The translations under genes and the position numbers were made by a program. DNA of 64,000 nucleotides from Candidatus Bathyarchaeota archaeon (GTDB taxonomy: Archaea; Thermoproteota; Bathyarchaeia; Bathyarchaeales; Bathycorpusculaceae). This document shows positions 42,159 to 51,692 of this stretch, piece by piece. The notes under the pieces are model-generated. The model was given only the letters and a program-made list of their open reading frames with translations. It did no database searches and was not told the DNA's origin. Positions within the stretch are counted from its first letter, which is position 1. Each line of letters starts with the position of its first letter. The stretch is taken from assembly GCA_963777155.1 (NCBI GenBank), contig CAVZPM010000031.1:1-64000 (forward strand), written 5' to 3'.

Positions 42159-42534
42159 CTTTTACCCCCCCGCCCCATTTTTGAAACAATGCTTTCCACA
42201 ACAATCAAATGCTTATGAAGGAACTTGTCAAAGCAACATTTGAGGTAGCCGATGAAGTGAATGTTGAGGAACTACAAAACATTCAATTAACCAAAGAAAA
42301 AGAACTCCAGAGAAAAATACTAAATTATAGACAGAAAAACTAGCCGAGCCAAACCACGCTTTTTGATTCCTTGATAAACAAAACACACTAGAAAAAACGC
42401 TTTTTGATAAAAAGCTTTGCAAAAAGAAATTACTCTATGTCTGCACAAGAGTAATCAGAAAGCAGCTTTTGGTACCCAAAACCAAAAAACATATATCCGT
42501 ATGCTCAGCGCCTCAATTCTTGCATAATGATACG

Positions 42535-42804
42535 CTACGGTTCTTTCCGTTTCGGTCCAAACCTCTTCAAGCTGTAATTTCTGTTGCCTGAGAGTCTGGG
42601 AAGTGAAAGATCTTGATCTATGGTTATGACCTCAAATGATAAATATTGAGACTCTGTTTCAAGTTCTTCTTTCTTTGTTGCTATAAAATCCTGTTTGCAT
42701 GTCAAGCAATAAAAAGGCGTTTGTTGTGCCTGCGCCAAAACTATCCCGCCGGCTAGACAAACAATATTTCTACTGTTATGGCATTTTGGGCAATTCAATG
42801 TCAT
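42535..42804 (-). CDS. Small zinc-ribbon protein
   Basis: CPKC...CLTC; GGAGG before ATG. Confidence 0.55.
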   Translation of the reverse strand: MTLNCPKCHNSRNIVCLAGGIVLAQAQQTPFYCLTCKQDFIATKKEELETESQYLSFEVITIDQDLSLPRLSGNRNYSLKRFGPKRKEP

Positions 42805-43135
42805 GCCTCCAAACTGTAATATCGGAAGTATTAATATAGGTTTTAAGCCTTTGTGTTTTGAAAACCTGACGAGCAATCGTCCAACAAAAAACCACATTAT
42901 TGTAAAATAGTAACTAACTATCTAATTCAATAAGTTATCAAACATTTTCTCTAACCAAAAACACCTCGGGTAGCGAGTACAACTCCCTATAGGGCACCCC
43001 CCTCGCACCCAAGGACTCTGTTTTTGCATCTTCAAAGATTTCTTCAATGAATACTCTTTCGAGAAAACGGGTCACATAAAAAAAGCAAGCAAAAAATCCA
43101 ACCCAAGCTAGCCAAGAGGTTTGTAATCGTGTGCG

Positions 43136-43348
43136 CTACCCCGTGATGTACGTGTAACGAGTGTCGTCTATACCGTTAGTTTCGGCTACATAAAATATAA
43201 TGGCAAATATCACTATTACTAAACCGAGCACTAAAACCCATATACCCATTGTAGAGCCAAAAGCTGAAAGAATAAGACCGAAGACAAGCAGTAGCGCACC
43301 TACAACTCCACTAGCAATTATAAATAGCTCTTTTATGGAAACACCCAA
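43136..43348 (-). CDS. Small two-TM membrane protein
   Basis: Two hydrophobic helices; AGGAG SD. Confidence 0.6.
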   Translation of the reverse strand: MGVSIKELFIIASGVVGALLLVFGLILSAFGSTMGIWVLVLGLVIVIFAIIFYVAETNGIDDTRYTYITG

Positions 43349-43552
43349 AGAGATGCTCTCCTTTTAATACTCTTTCTTCATAATTACTATTTATTTTTTA
43401 TCTGAGAGAAACATTTCAGAATTCGCACGTTAGAAGAAAAGCTTTGCGAAATTGAATAATCCAAAAACTTATAGCTAGCCCTCTGCAATAAGAACACAGG
43501 GATTAAAATGAATAAACAAACAAACCCCAAAGAATTAGATAGGCTAATTGAG

Positions 43553-43580
43553 GTGGGTTCAAATCCCGTCCGGTCTGCCA
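43553..43580 (+). repeat. Degenerate tRNA 3'-end copy (att-like site)
   Basis: GTGGGTTCAAATCCCGTCCGGTCTG-CCA; 20/25 identical to 42134-42158. Confidence 0.6.
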
Positions 43581-43707
43581 AATTTTGGAAGTGCATTTCC
43601 ATTTTTCTAGCAATATTCTTTAGTTGACGCCGGATCAACAGTTGGAGCCTTAGAAGATAATGATGATACTGATGATACTACCTGATGCTGCAGATGGGTA
43701 GCATCTT

Positions 43708-44032
43708 TCAAAGACAAACCATATTATTCCCAGCATCCTTATCATCGTCACGTTCGACTCCTTTTTTGCTAAAATGATATGTTAGTATGTGGAAGAAGTG
43801 TTTTCCTTGTTTGTACCAGTTTAGGAGGGCGCGGGCGTTTGCGTTTATGCCTTCGGATTGCGATTTGGCAACAGTCCTCACAAAATTCAAAATTCTCAGT
43901 GTGGATCCGTTTCTACTGCTGTCCTTAGGAACTCTTCTGTGGGCATGCTTGGATGTAGATGTTCTCGACTACAAAGTGCTCTGTATGTTTGCCAAACCTC
44001 GTTTCGATTCGTATGCCCGTCTGCACCTTCAT
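43708..44032 (-). pseudogene. Frameshifted RHH-like hypothetical gene remnant
   Basis: Stitched frames read MKVQTGIRIE/EVWQTYRALCSREHLHPSMPTEEFLR/…LNFVRTVAK…LLNWYKQG. Confidence 0.4.
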
Positions 44033-44586
44033 AACTGTTACCAAACAACATTACCGAAACCGTTACAAAAAAGGATAAGGGTACCCCTGTTCAGACACAT
44101 ACTTCTTTTTACAATTGAGGAGATTTGCCCTGTTAACGCCCGGTTTCATGAAAATTGATCATTAGTCAGAGACAATAAAGTTTTTTATGTTAAAGCTAAA
44201 ATACTTTTCATTAGGCATGAAGAACCAAAAGAAAAACCGCAAAGAGCGACGCAAAGAAATCTTGGCTGAAATTCTCTATCAATAACGTCTTTAGCGGTTA
44301 GTAAAAAATCAAATCCTTCAGGAAAATAAGCCTTAAGGTTGTAGCAAAGGAATAGTTAGTTGAAGCGCTAAATATTATGGCTCCACATAGATTAGATGCG
44401 TTTCTTAATTTTGTTGGTTAATCAAGGGAGTTTCTTAAGTTCTTTTCTGGCGGGTGTTACTCCCCTATCTTCAAGTACCGGGTGAAGTATCTTATTGTTG
44501 CAGTTGTAATTTCTATTACTTATATTTCGCTATGTTTTTGAATAATTATTATAAGCTAAAATGAGAGTATATCTGAGGTTGAAAAG

Positions 44587-44985
44587 GTGAAAGTAGAGGA
44601 CCATTCAAATACAGTTGGTTCAATTGCCAGAATGCCCGTTCCAACTGTTAATTCTTATGAGCATGTATCTAAGATTGCGGAGCTTATGGCTAATCATGAC
44701 ATAGGTTCTGTGATAGTTACAAAGGATATGGAACCTGTAGGTATAGTGACCGAGAAAGACCTTGTTCGAAAGATAATTTGTGCAAACAGAAATGCAGGAG
44801 AGGTTGTTGCCCAGGAAATAATGACCTCACCGCTCATAACAATTTCATCAGGCAGAACAATTGATGAGGCACTAAAAATCATGCAGGATAACGCTGTTAG
44901 AAGACTGATAGTTTTGAAGGGTGAGCGAATGGTTGGTCTCTTAACCGAGAGGCGACTATTACGTGCAAAACTTGGCTCTTGCTAA
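44587..44985 (+). CDS. Stand-alone CBS-pair protein
   Basis: IGSVIV..PVGIVTEKD, IMTSPLITI, VRRLIV..VGLLTE. Confidence 0.9.
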   Translation: MKVEDHSNTVGSIARMPVPTVNSYEHVSKIAELMANHDIGSVIVTKDMEPVGIVTEKDLVRKIICANRNAGEVVAQEIMTSPLITISSGRTIDEALKIMQDNAVRRLIVLKGERMVGLLTERRLLRAKLGSC

Positions 44986-45317
44986 ACCAAGCTTGTGAGA
45001 TATCGAAAAAAATAAGCAAATGACGCGGCGACGGATTTAGATAAGAGTTCAGTTCCAGATTTTTTGTTGACATTAGTATCGGCGTGAATATTATCGGGCA
45101 ACGACTCTAAAGTAGTAGCGTTCCATCGTCCTTCTTTATGTCTGCTGAGAATGGTCAATGTTAACAGCTGCGTTTCACCGCGGATTACTATCTAATGCTT
45201 AATTAAACCTGTTTGTTTAGCAATTTTCAAAAACTAATAAATCAGTAATTGTTTCAACCTGATGTCGGAGTTGCAAATTTGATAGTTGAAAAAAATGCGC
45301 GTGTTTATGGGTGTCAA

Positions 45318-46571
45318 ATGGCTACCTCAAATTCTGTAAAACAGCACAAGCTAAGGAAACTCATTGCCTGGCTATCTAATAAAGAGGGACGGGGATTAGA
45401 ATTCATTTCGCTATACATCCCCAAAGAAAAAACTATTGATGAAGTGATAATATACCTTAAATGTGAATTGGATTCTTCCACCACGAAATATGAGAATAGT
45501 AAAGATATTAGGGATTGTTTTCAAAATGCCCTCAAAAATATAATCCAGCGACTAAAACAGCGCAATCAAATTCCCGAGAATGGGATTGCCATATTTGCAG
45601 GTGCTTTCCCAATAAATGATTTTGAAAGTGAAATTGTGAATATTGAAGAGGTTATTCCACCAGAGCCAATCACCACATACTTCTATACGGTTGACAACCA
45701 TTTCAGATTGGAACCGTTAAGAGACATGCTAAGAAACCAAAAAGTGGTAGGTTTAATTAGCATGGATTCGAAGGATGCAAACTTTGGATTACTGAATGGT
45801 GAGCGCCTTGAAATTATCGAAAACATCACCTCGGGAGTCCATGGAAAATCTGGAAAGGGAGGATCAAGCCAAAGAAGGTACGAAAGAGAACGAGACATGG
45901 CGCTCACAAACTATTTCCACCGAGTTGCAGAGCACGCAACAAAAACCTTCCTCGATAGCCACAAAGTTATGGCTTTGATAGTTGGCGGACCGGGTCAAAC
46001 TAAGGAGGAGTTCTTAAGAGGTAATTACCTTCATTATGAACTTCAAAATGCGCTTCTAAACGTTGTTGATACCCAATTCGCCAGCAGAGAAGGGGTAAGG
46101 GAGGCACTTGATAAATCATCTGAAATACTGAAGAATATGTGTGCACCCGAGGAAAAAATGGTTGTTCAGCGACTTTTGGCATATATGGGCAAACAGGACA
46201 ATCTGGCTACTTATGGTTTAGATGTAGTTTTGACTGCCCTTAGGAATGGTGAAGTGGAAGTTGCAATAGTGACGGATAGCACGGAAATGGTTGAAATTGT
46301 TTTATTGTGTAAAAAATGTGGATTATCAAAGGCGAAGATAATGCACATAGAACAGAAGGTTCAGTCTGTTCAGGAAATGGTTTCGCGACCTTGTGAGAGG
46401 TGCAGTTCGGTTGATTGGGCGGTAGAAGAGAAGGACATAATAGATGTTTTGGAGGATTTGGCTTCACTGACTAACGCAAGGGTTGAGGTAATATCTACAG
46501 AGTCTACGGAAAAGGCAAGGTTGGCCGCTTTGGGCGGTTTTGCAGCTATCTTGAGGTACAGACTCCGATAG
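45318..46571 (+). CDS. aRF1/eRF1-family paralog with degenerate catalytic and decoding motifs
   Basis: ISLYIP, PENGIAIF, GGPG.TK, CxxC..CxxC insert, GGFAAILRY; GGS in place of GGQ. Confidence 0.9.
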   Translation: MATSNSVKQHKLRKLIAWLSNKEGRGLEFISLYIPKEKTIDEVIIYLKCELDSSTTKYENSKDIRDCFQNALKNIIQRLKQRNQIPENGIAIFAGAFPINDFESEIVNIEEVIPPEPITTYFYTVDNHFRLEPLRDMLRNQKVVGLISMDSKDANFGLLNGERLEIIENITSGVHGKSGKGGSSQRRYERERDMALTNYFHRVAEHATKTFLDSHKVMALIVGGPGQTKEEFLRGNYLHYELQNALLNVVDTQFASREGVREALDKSSEILKNMCAPEEKMVVQRLLAYMGKQDNLATYGLDVVLTALRNGEVEVAIVTDSTEMVEIVLLCKKCGLSKAKIMHIEQKVQSVQEMVSRPCERCSSVDWAVEEKDIIDVLEDLASLTNARVEVISTESTEKARLAALGGFAAILRYRLR

Positions 46572-46648
46572 AATAATTAGGAAAACATCTGTAATTTGTG
46601 GTATTTTCATCGAGATCGTTAATAATCTCGTAATTAATTTCATAGGCA

Positions 46649-47140
46649 ATGCAAAAAGTCAAAAACCTAGCCCCTATAGTTGCAAGTCTGTTTTTGTTTG
46701 CAGCGATAGCTACTCTTTCCGCCTCTGCCACTTCTATCCCGACTTTCACACTTTCCGCCCAATCATCCCAGCTAAATTTTGCATTACCCGCGGGAACTAC
46801 ATTTAATGGTTCAATCTCCACCACAGGCACTATCCGCTTTTGGGTGAGCGATCCCCAAGGTTTCCAAATCGTTAATTTGGGTCTGATCGATCAAAAAGCC
46901 ACTTTTGGTTTCGTTGCACAACAGATTGGAAACTATACATTAAATTTTGAAAATGACCTTCCTGCTGCCGTTCAAGTAACGTTCTCTTACGAGACAAGCC
47001 CAGAGGTACCAATCAACAATTCTACATTCATACCACTTGTCTACCTCTCAATACCCATAGCTGTCGCGGTAATTGGGAGTGTTCTGATTTTTGTTTTATT
47101 GAGGCGGAAAAGAAAACCTGACGGAACTGCTTGTACCTAA
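46649..47140 (+). CDS. Type I membrane protein with a GOLD/p24-like beta domain
   Basis: Signal peptide, FWVSDPQG...GNYTLNFEN, C-terminal TM plus RRKRK. Confidence 0.65.
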   Translation: MQKVKNLAPIVASLFLFAAIATLSASATSIPTFTLSAQSSQLNFALPAGTTFNGSISTTGTIRFWVSDPQGFQIVNLGLIDQKATFGFVAQQIGNYTLNFENDLPAAVQVTFSYETSPEVPINNSTFIPLVYLSIPIAVAVIGSVLIFVLLRRKRKPDGTACT

Positions 47141-47148
47141 GACGGAGT

Positions 47149-47388
47149 TTACCTAAATTCATTCGGCGCGATTCTGGTTTCTTTCATCCTTGCTTTGTTG
47201 GTTATGGTTTCTTCATTGATGGCGTTTTCCATTAGAGTGCGTAGTGCTTGGTTTAGGTTGCCGGCGAAATAGGGTTTTGCAATTTTCCGTGCGAATTCTT
47301 TAATCATTTCTGCTGAGAAGTTGTGAAGTGTCAAGCTTATGAGAAAGTCTTTTTCTGTGGTTATCTCTGTTTGTGTCATGAGGTTCAC
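47149..47388 (-). CDS. Small hypothetical protein, possibly RHH-like
   Basis: 79-aa ORF overlapping the upstream stop. Confidence 0.6.
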   Translation of the reverse strand: MNLMTQTEITTEKDFLISLTLHNFSAEMIKEFARKIAKPYFAGNLNQALRTLMENAINEETITNKARMKETRIAPNEFR

Positions 47389-48611
47389 AGAACCCCGATA
47401 TCATGGATAACGCTTAAAAGGCGGGCGCTGAGACGACAAGGTACAGTTGTGGAGGGGTCATTGAAAGTGCTCAGTGGAAGACGCCTGTCCAATACTACAT
47501 AACGAATCCTTTTGTAAATCTTCAGTTTTTTCTTAACATCATTATCTAATCGAGGAGTATGCCCAATCAAGTCTCTAGCCCCTAAAATCTGTACTCCAAC
47601 AAAACCCACAAACAATGGGAACCAGAAACCCACGCTCCGCAGCAACAAGGCGGTTACTGCGCTTAATCCGGGATCTATGCCGTAGAGCAGTAGAATACTT
47701 GCTAAAATTATGTCAAGCGATCCCACTGAGAAGCTTGCTGCAGCATCCTGCACCGCAGTCGCTATGAAGTAGATTACGACGTAAAACTCGAGGGATTGGG
47801 GGATGCCGAGGGCGTAAAAGATGGCTATGTAAACGGATAATCCAAGTAAATATGAGATTAGATGGATGAAAAGTGGTTTGATTATTAATCTTGGGTTTTC
47901 ACGGAATGTTTTGAATCCGCTGTAGTAGCCAGCTAGTGATTTTTCTCTTTGTGTTTCTTTCCAGACGGAATAGCGTTTTGGGGCGATCTTCTTCAGGATT
48001 TTTTGGTATATCTTGCTGATGTTCTTTGCGGATTGTTTAACGAAGGCCAAGTAAAGAAGAACAACAAGGTACAGTGTTACCCCGATCAAGAAGAAAACAA
48101 AAATGTTTGAGATAGCCGGCGTTATCCCAGACTTGAGAAAGACCAGGATTGCTCCGCTGTATAGTCCGAAGGCAACTATGATGTAGGCGACCAATCGGTT
48201 GGTTATGGCTGAAGCGGCAAGGACACCGTAGCTTTTTCCTGTTTCTTTCTGCACAAGGTATAGTCGTGTTAGTTCCCCACAAATTGTTGCGCATGGAAGA
48301 ACTAAGTCGCTAAAATATCCGACCCAATAGTAGAGGTAAATTCTCCGCAGACGGATTTTGATGGAACATACCCTTAGTATGCTGTTCCAGGCAAGTGACC
48401 AGCAAAGTACTGAAGTAAGCACTGCGACAAGTGCAATAGTGTAGAAGAATGCGTATTGGGTTGAGTTGATGCCGTTTATGACCTTCAATATTTTGGGTAT
48501 GCCGATATAGAAGTACAAGTAGATGATGAAGGCTGCTAAGCCGCCTCCCATAAAAAGAACGGAGCTTCTAATAGACAAGTACTTGCTTGCTGAAGACAAT
48601 TTTTCACGCAA
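47385..48611 (-). CDS. Lysylphosphatidylglycerol synthase TM-domain (flippase-like) protein
   Basis: Multi-TM; LP...GELTR, ALLLRSVGFW. Confidence 0.8.
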   Translation of the reverse strand: MREKLSSASKYLSIRSSVLFMGGGLAAFIIYLYFYIGIPKILKVINGINSTQYAFFYTIALVAVLTSVLCWSLAWNSILRVCSIKIRLRRIYLYYWVGYFSDLVLPCATICGELTRLYLVQKETGKSYGVLAASAITNRLVAYIIVAFGLYSGAILVFLKSGITPAISNIFVFFLIGVTLYLVVLLYLAFVKQSAKNISKIYQKILKKIAPKRYSVWKETQREKSLAGYYSGFKTFRENPRLIIKPLFIHLISYLLGLSVYIAIFYALGIPQSLEFYVVIYFIATAVQDAAASFSVGSLDIILASILLLYGIDPGLSAVTALLLRSVGFWFPLFVGFVGVQILGARDLIGHTPRLDNDVKKKLKIYKRIRYVVLDRRLPLSTFNDPSTTVPCRLSARLLSVIHDIGVL

Positions 48612-48772
48612 ATTTGCTTTTGGTTATACATGAAACCTTGCTTGTTAGAGCTAAATAGCTTTGTAGTTGCTTTTTGTAGTCACAGACAACATTTGTCATA
48701 TCGATTATTTGACATTTGGGATTTACTGCTCAAATAGTTGATTTAAATGGAATTTTGGAAAAAGGCTTTGGT

Positions 48773-50197
48773 CTATTTCAAGGGTTGAAATCCCATTGGC
48801 CAGTTAGGTGGTTTCTTATCAAGTTCCTGTTTTTTCTGGTGGATAGCTGCTACAGTGGCATGAACATTCTTTTCCTCAACGACTAATATGATTTGTGAGG
48901 TGTGGGGTGCGAAGATGCCGCGTTTGATGTTGATGCCTGAGATTGCGCTAATGGCAAGTGAGGCTACTCCTGGAGAATCCTTCATACGGTCGCCGATAAG
49001 TGTTACCACGCCTAAACCAAAGTCGATTTTCATGTTCTCATCGAAACCCTTGAGTTTTTCCTCGTTCTTTTTCAGGAAGTCTGAGTCTAAGAAGAGGAAG
49101 TCTCGAATGCGTTCGCCTGTTTCCATGGTTTCTGCTCCGAGATCCATAAAGTCGTTTCTGCGTTCCCAGATCCTGAGGGAATCTTCCAGCGAGCGACTTT
49201 TCTCATCGCTCATCGAAAGAATAGCACAGCCAGATTTGCCTGTCAAGCACTTCACGACTTCGCCCCCGCTAGTTTGTGCTTCAATAATTGAGAACATTTT
49301 GGGCTCATCGATAGGCACCACCATCAGTGGCTGACCAAACCGTCTCGCCATGGCAATTGCTGGGCTCTGCACGATCTTCATACCCATCATGGAGGCCTTG
49401 TGTGCTTCGTTGTAGGTTAAGGCGTTGACATGTTCCGTTTTCTGTCCCCTAACAACTTTAGGGTCAGCGCTTTGAACAGGTACATCCTTGTAGAGAAGCG
49501 TTTTTGTCAAGTAAATATCTTTCAGCAGGCAGGAAACAAAAACCGCAGTTAAGTCTGATCCACCTCTGCCCAGAACGGTTTCAAGGCCGTCTGGTGTTAC
49601 ACCCAAAAAGCCTGCTAAACATATTACTTTGTTTTCTTCTAAGGGTTCAATTAAAGAATGGAGCCTTTTTTTGCTTGATTCATAGTTGGGTAATGCGTCT
49701 TCAAAGTTGTCGTCGGTTACAACCGGCCAATCTTCCATGGTGAGGCAGTATGAGTCCACGCCGTTGCTTTTTAGGATGTAATCCATCAAAATAGACATGG
49801 CGAGTTCCCCGCCTAATGTAAGCACTCGGGCTTTGATGTTGCCGCTGAAACGCTTGTTAACTGCCTCAAGAGTAGTTTGGGTCAAAGTTTTGTAGTTGGC
49901 AAGTTCATTCTTTGCTTGCCCAAGCAGGTTACCCTTAACGTGTTGTTTTACTAAACGTTCGTAGATTTCAAAAACTGGCTCCAAAGGCAACTGGCAAGCT
50001 TGTGCATAGGATTCACCTATCTTGATGAGGGCATCAGTGCAACCCATTGGTGCCGAGAACACTATGACTGGTCCATTGCCGTCTTTTTCCCTGATTTCCT
50101 TTATCTGCTTGACTATTTTGGGGATTCCTTTGCCTTCCGCGTCAAGGAGGCTGCCGCCAAATTTAGCTACTGAAACCGTCTTGAAAGTGCATTCCAC
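48773..50197 (-). CDS. lysC: Aspartate kinase
   Basis: VAKFGGS, LGRGGSDLTA, SADP, ACT-like C-terminus. Confidence 0.88.
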   Translation of the reverse strand: MECTFKTVSVAKFGGSLLDAEGKGIPKIVKQIKEIREKDGNGPVIVFSAPMGCTDALIKIGESYAQACQLPLEPVFEIYERLVKQHVKGNLLGQAKNELANYKTLTQTTLEAVNKRFSGNIKARVLTLGGELAMSILMDYILKSNGVDSYCLTMEDWPVVTDDNFEDALPNYESSKKRLHSLIEPLEENKVICLAGFLGVTPDGLETVLGRGGSDLTAVFVSCLLKDIYLTKTLLYKDVPVQSADPKVVRGQKTEHVNALTYNEAHKASMMGMKIVQSPAIAMARRFGQPLMVVPIDEPKMFSIIEAQTSGGEVVKCLTGKSGCAILSMSDEKSRSLEDSLRIWERRNDFMDLGAETMETGERIRDFLFLDSDFLKKNEEKLKGFDENMKIDFGLGVVTLIGDRMKDSPGVASLAISAISGINIKRGIFAPHTSQIILVVEEKNVHATVAAIHQKKQELDKKPPNWPMGFQPLK

Positions 50198-50477
50198 CTA
50201 TAGGAATTAGCAACATAAAGGTAAGGTTTAATAAAATTTTCTAGTTTTTCAGCAGCTAAATGTTAGTTACTTCATAACCTATGGCTATCGATTTTTCCGT
50301 CTGACTACCGTTTCTCTTGATGATAACTGTTACACCCACTAGTTTGCTTTTAATGGAATATTATGATTGCTAACCCATAACAGAATTAACTTATCTTCAC
50401 AGTAATGCGTGGCTAAAAAAAGAAAAGGAAATAAGCGCCGACATGCTTCAAAATAAACAAGAAGGTTTTAATTAGTT

Positions 50478-50888
50478 ATGTATGACGGATTTGTATTTTT
50501 CTGCACGAAAACTTCCCAACAACAATGCTTAAGCAACAAACGATATACCTGTTCTGACCAAAAAACCAAACCCAATGAAGAAGACATTAAAGCGGGTTCA
50601 ATAATTTTCCTTTATAACATCGATGATAAGAGTCTGCTTGGTCCTTTCACAGCCATGACGGAAGAGGACGAGTTGGATGCTGGTGCATGGGCTATGGATG
50701 TTGATACTCATATCCCCTCTGAAGACATTAAAGTTGCCTGGGAAGACCTACACATTATCCAAAATGCTCCAAAAGAACTCCCATTCTTGGAGGATCTCAA
50801 AACCTGCAAATTGACCTCTATGCAGACCCAGCGAGCCTTAGACATGCTAAAGAATGGAGAACTCTACGTCTATACAAAAAACAAGTAA
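50478..50888 (+). CDS. DCD/PUA-like domain protein
   Basis: GFVFFC..T...CL...IKAGSIIFLYN....LLGPFTA resembles the DCD pattern. Confidence 0.6.
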   Translation: MYDGFVFFCTKTSQQQCLSNKRYTCSDQKTKPNEEDIKAGSIIFLYNIDDKSLLGPFTAMTEEDELDAGAWAMDVDTHIPSEDIKVAWEDLHIIQNAPKELPFLEDLKTCKLTSMQTQRALDMLKNGELYVYTKNK

Positions 50889-51137
50889 ATCATAATTTTT
50901 TTGCTTTTAACTCTACGATTTTATGGCAGTTAAGGCAACGAGTAAAGTTCAATTCAAAACCATTTAGCAAGTCAAACTGTCTCTGGTTGTAGACTTTCTG
51001 TTTCTCATGTGCACAGTTAAGCTGCCGCTCTTCAAACAAAATATCCTTTTCCATTCTCCTTCTCCTCACTAGAATTAAGAAATGGGTAGGCTTAAAAAAG
51101 TTTGCAATGGTTCAGCTAAATAAAAAAATGGAGAAGG

Positions 51138-51554
51138 TTAAGCACCTTTTATGTGTGTTTCAACATTAACGGGTACCGCTTCTTTGTAGACGAACATCAC
51201 TGGGCAATTGGCTTCTGTCCGTCTCCAAGCTGCTTCCACCAAGCCTTTTCTTGCTGGTGAGTCAATGTTTACTTTCATCGTTACTCCAGTTAGTGTCGGA
51301 GAGTTGCCTGATTTTTCTGCTTCAACGATAATCTCAATTTTCCCTGGATCAACTTTGCTGTTTTTGCAGACGTCGGCGTAAATAATAACTCCGCAACCAG
51401 CCAACGCCATCAACGCAAGCTCCAATGGCGTGGGTCCGGCGTTTGTTCCTCCGCCTGCCTCAGATAAATCACAGATAACCTTGTGTCCTCTGCAGTTGTC
51501 GGTTTCTAATCGGACATTTTCAAGAAGTTTCGCGTTTGCTTTTAATTTTGCCAT
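51138..51554 (-). CDS. OsmC-family protein
   Basis: GGTNAGPTPLEL..ALAGC ... NCPV. Confidence 0.9.
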   Translation of the reverse strand: MAKLKANAKLLENVRLETDNCRGHKVICDLSEAGGGTNAGPTPLELALMALAGCGVIIYADVCKNSKVDPGKIEIIVEAEKSGNSPTLTGVTMKVNIDSPARKGLVEAAWRRTEANCPVMFVYKEAVPVNVETHIKGA

Positions 51555-51692
51555 AAAATCACTGGCTAAGAATTATGCCGCTTTCAATTTAAGAATTCTG
51601 TTCCTTTACACCAAGTTGTAGAATCTGTCAAAATAATGTGAAGCGTTAAATAGCAAAAAACGTGTTTCAAAGTATCAAAGAGGTATCAGCAC

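Noticed and set aside
44217-44285. 22-aa basic micro-ORF MKNQKKNRKERRKEILAEILYQ
   Set aside because: It has a plausible TATA-like tract upstream but is too short to support without homologs.
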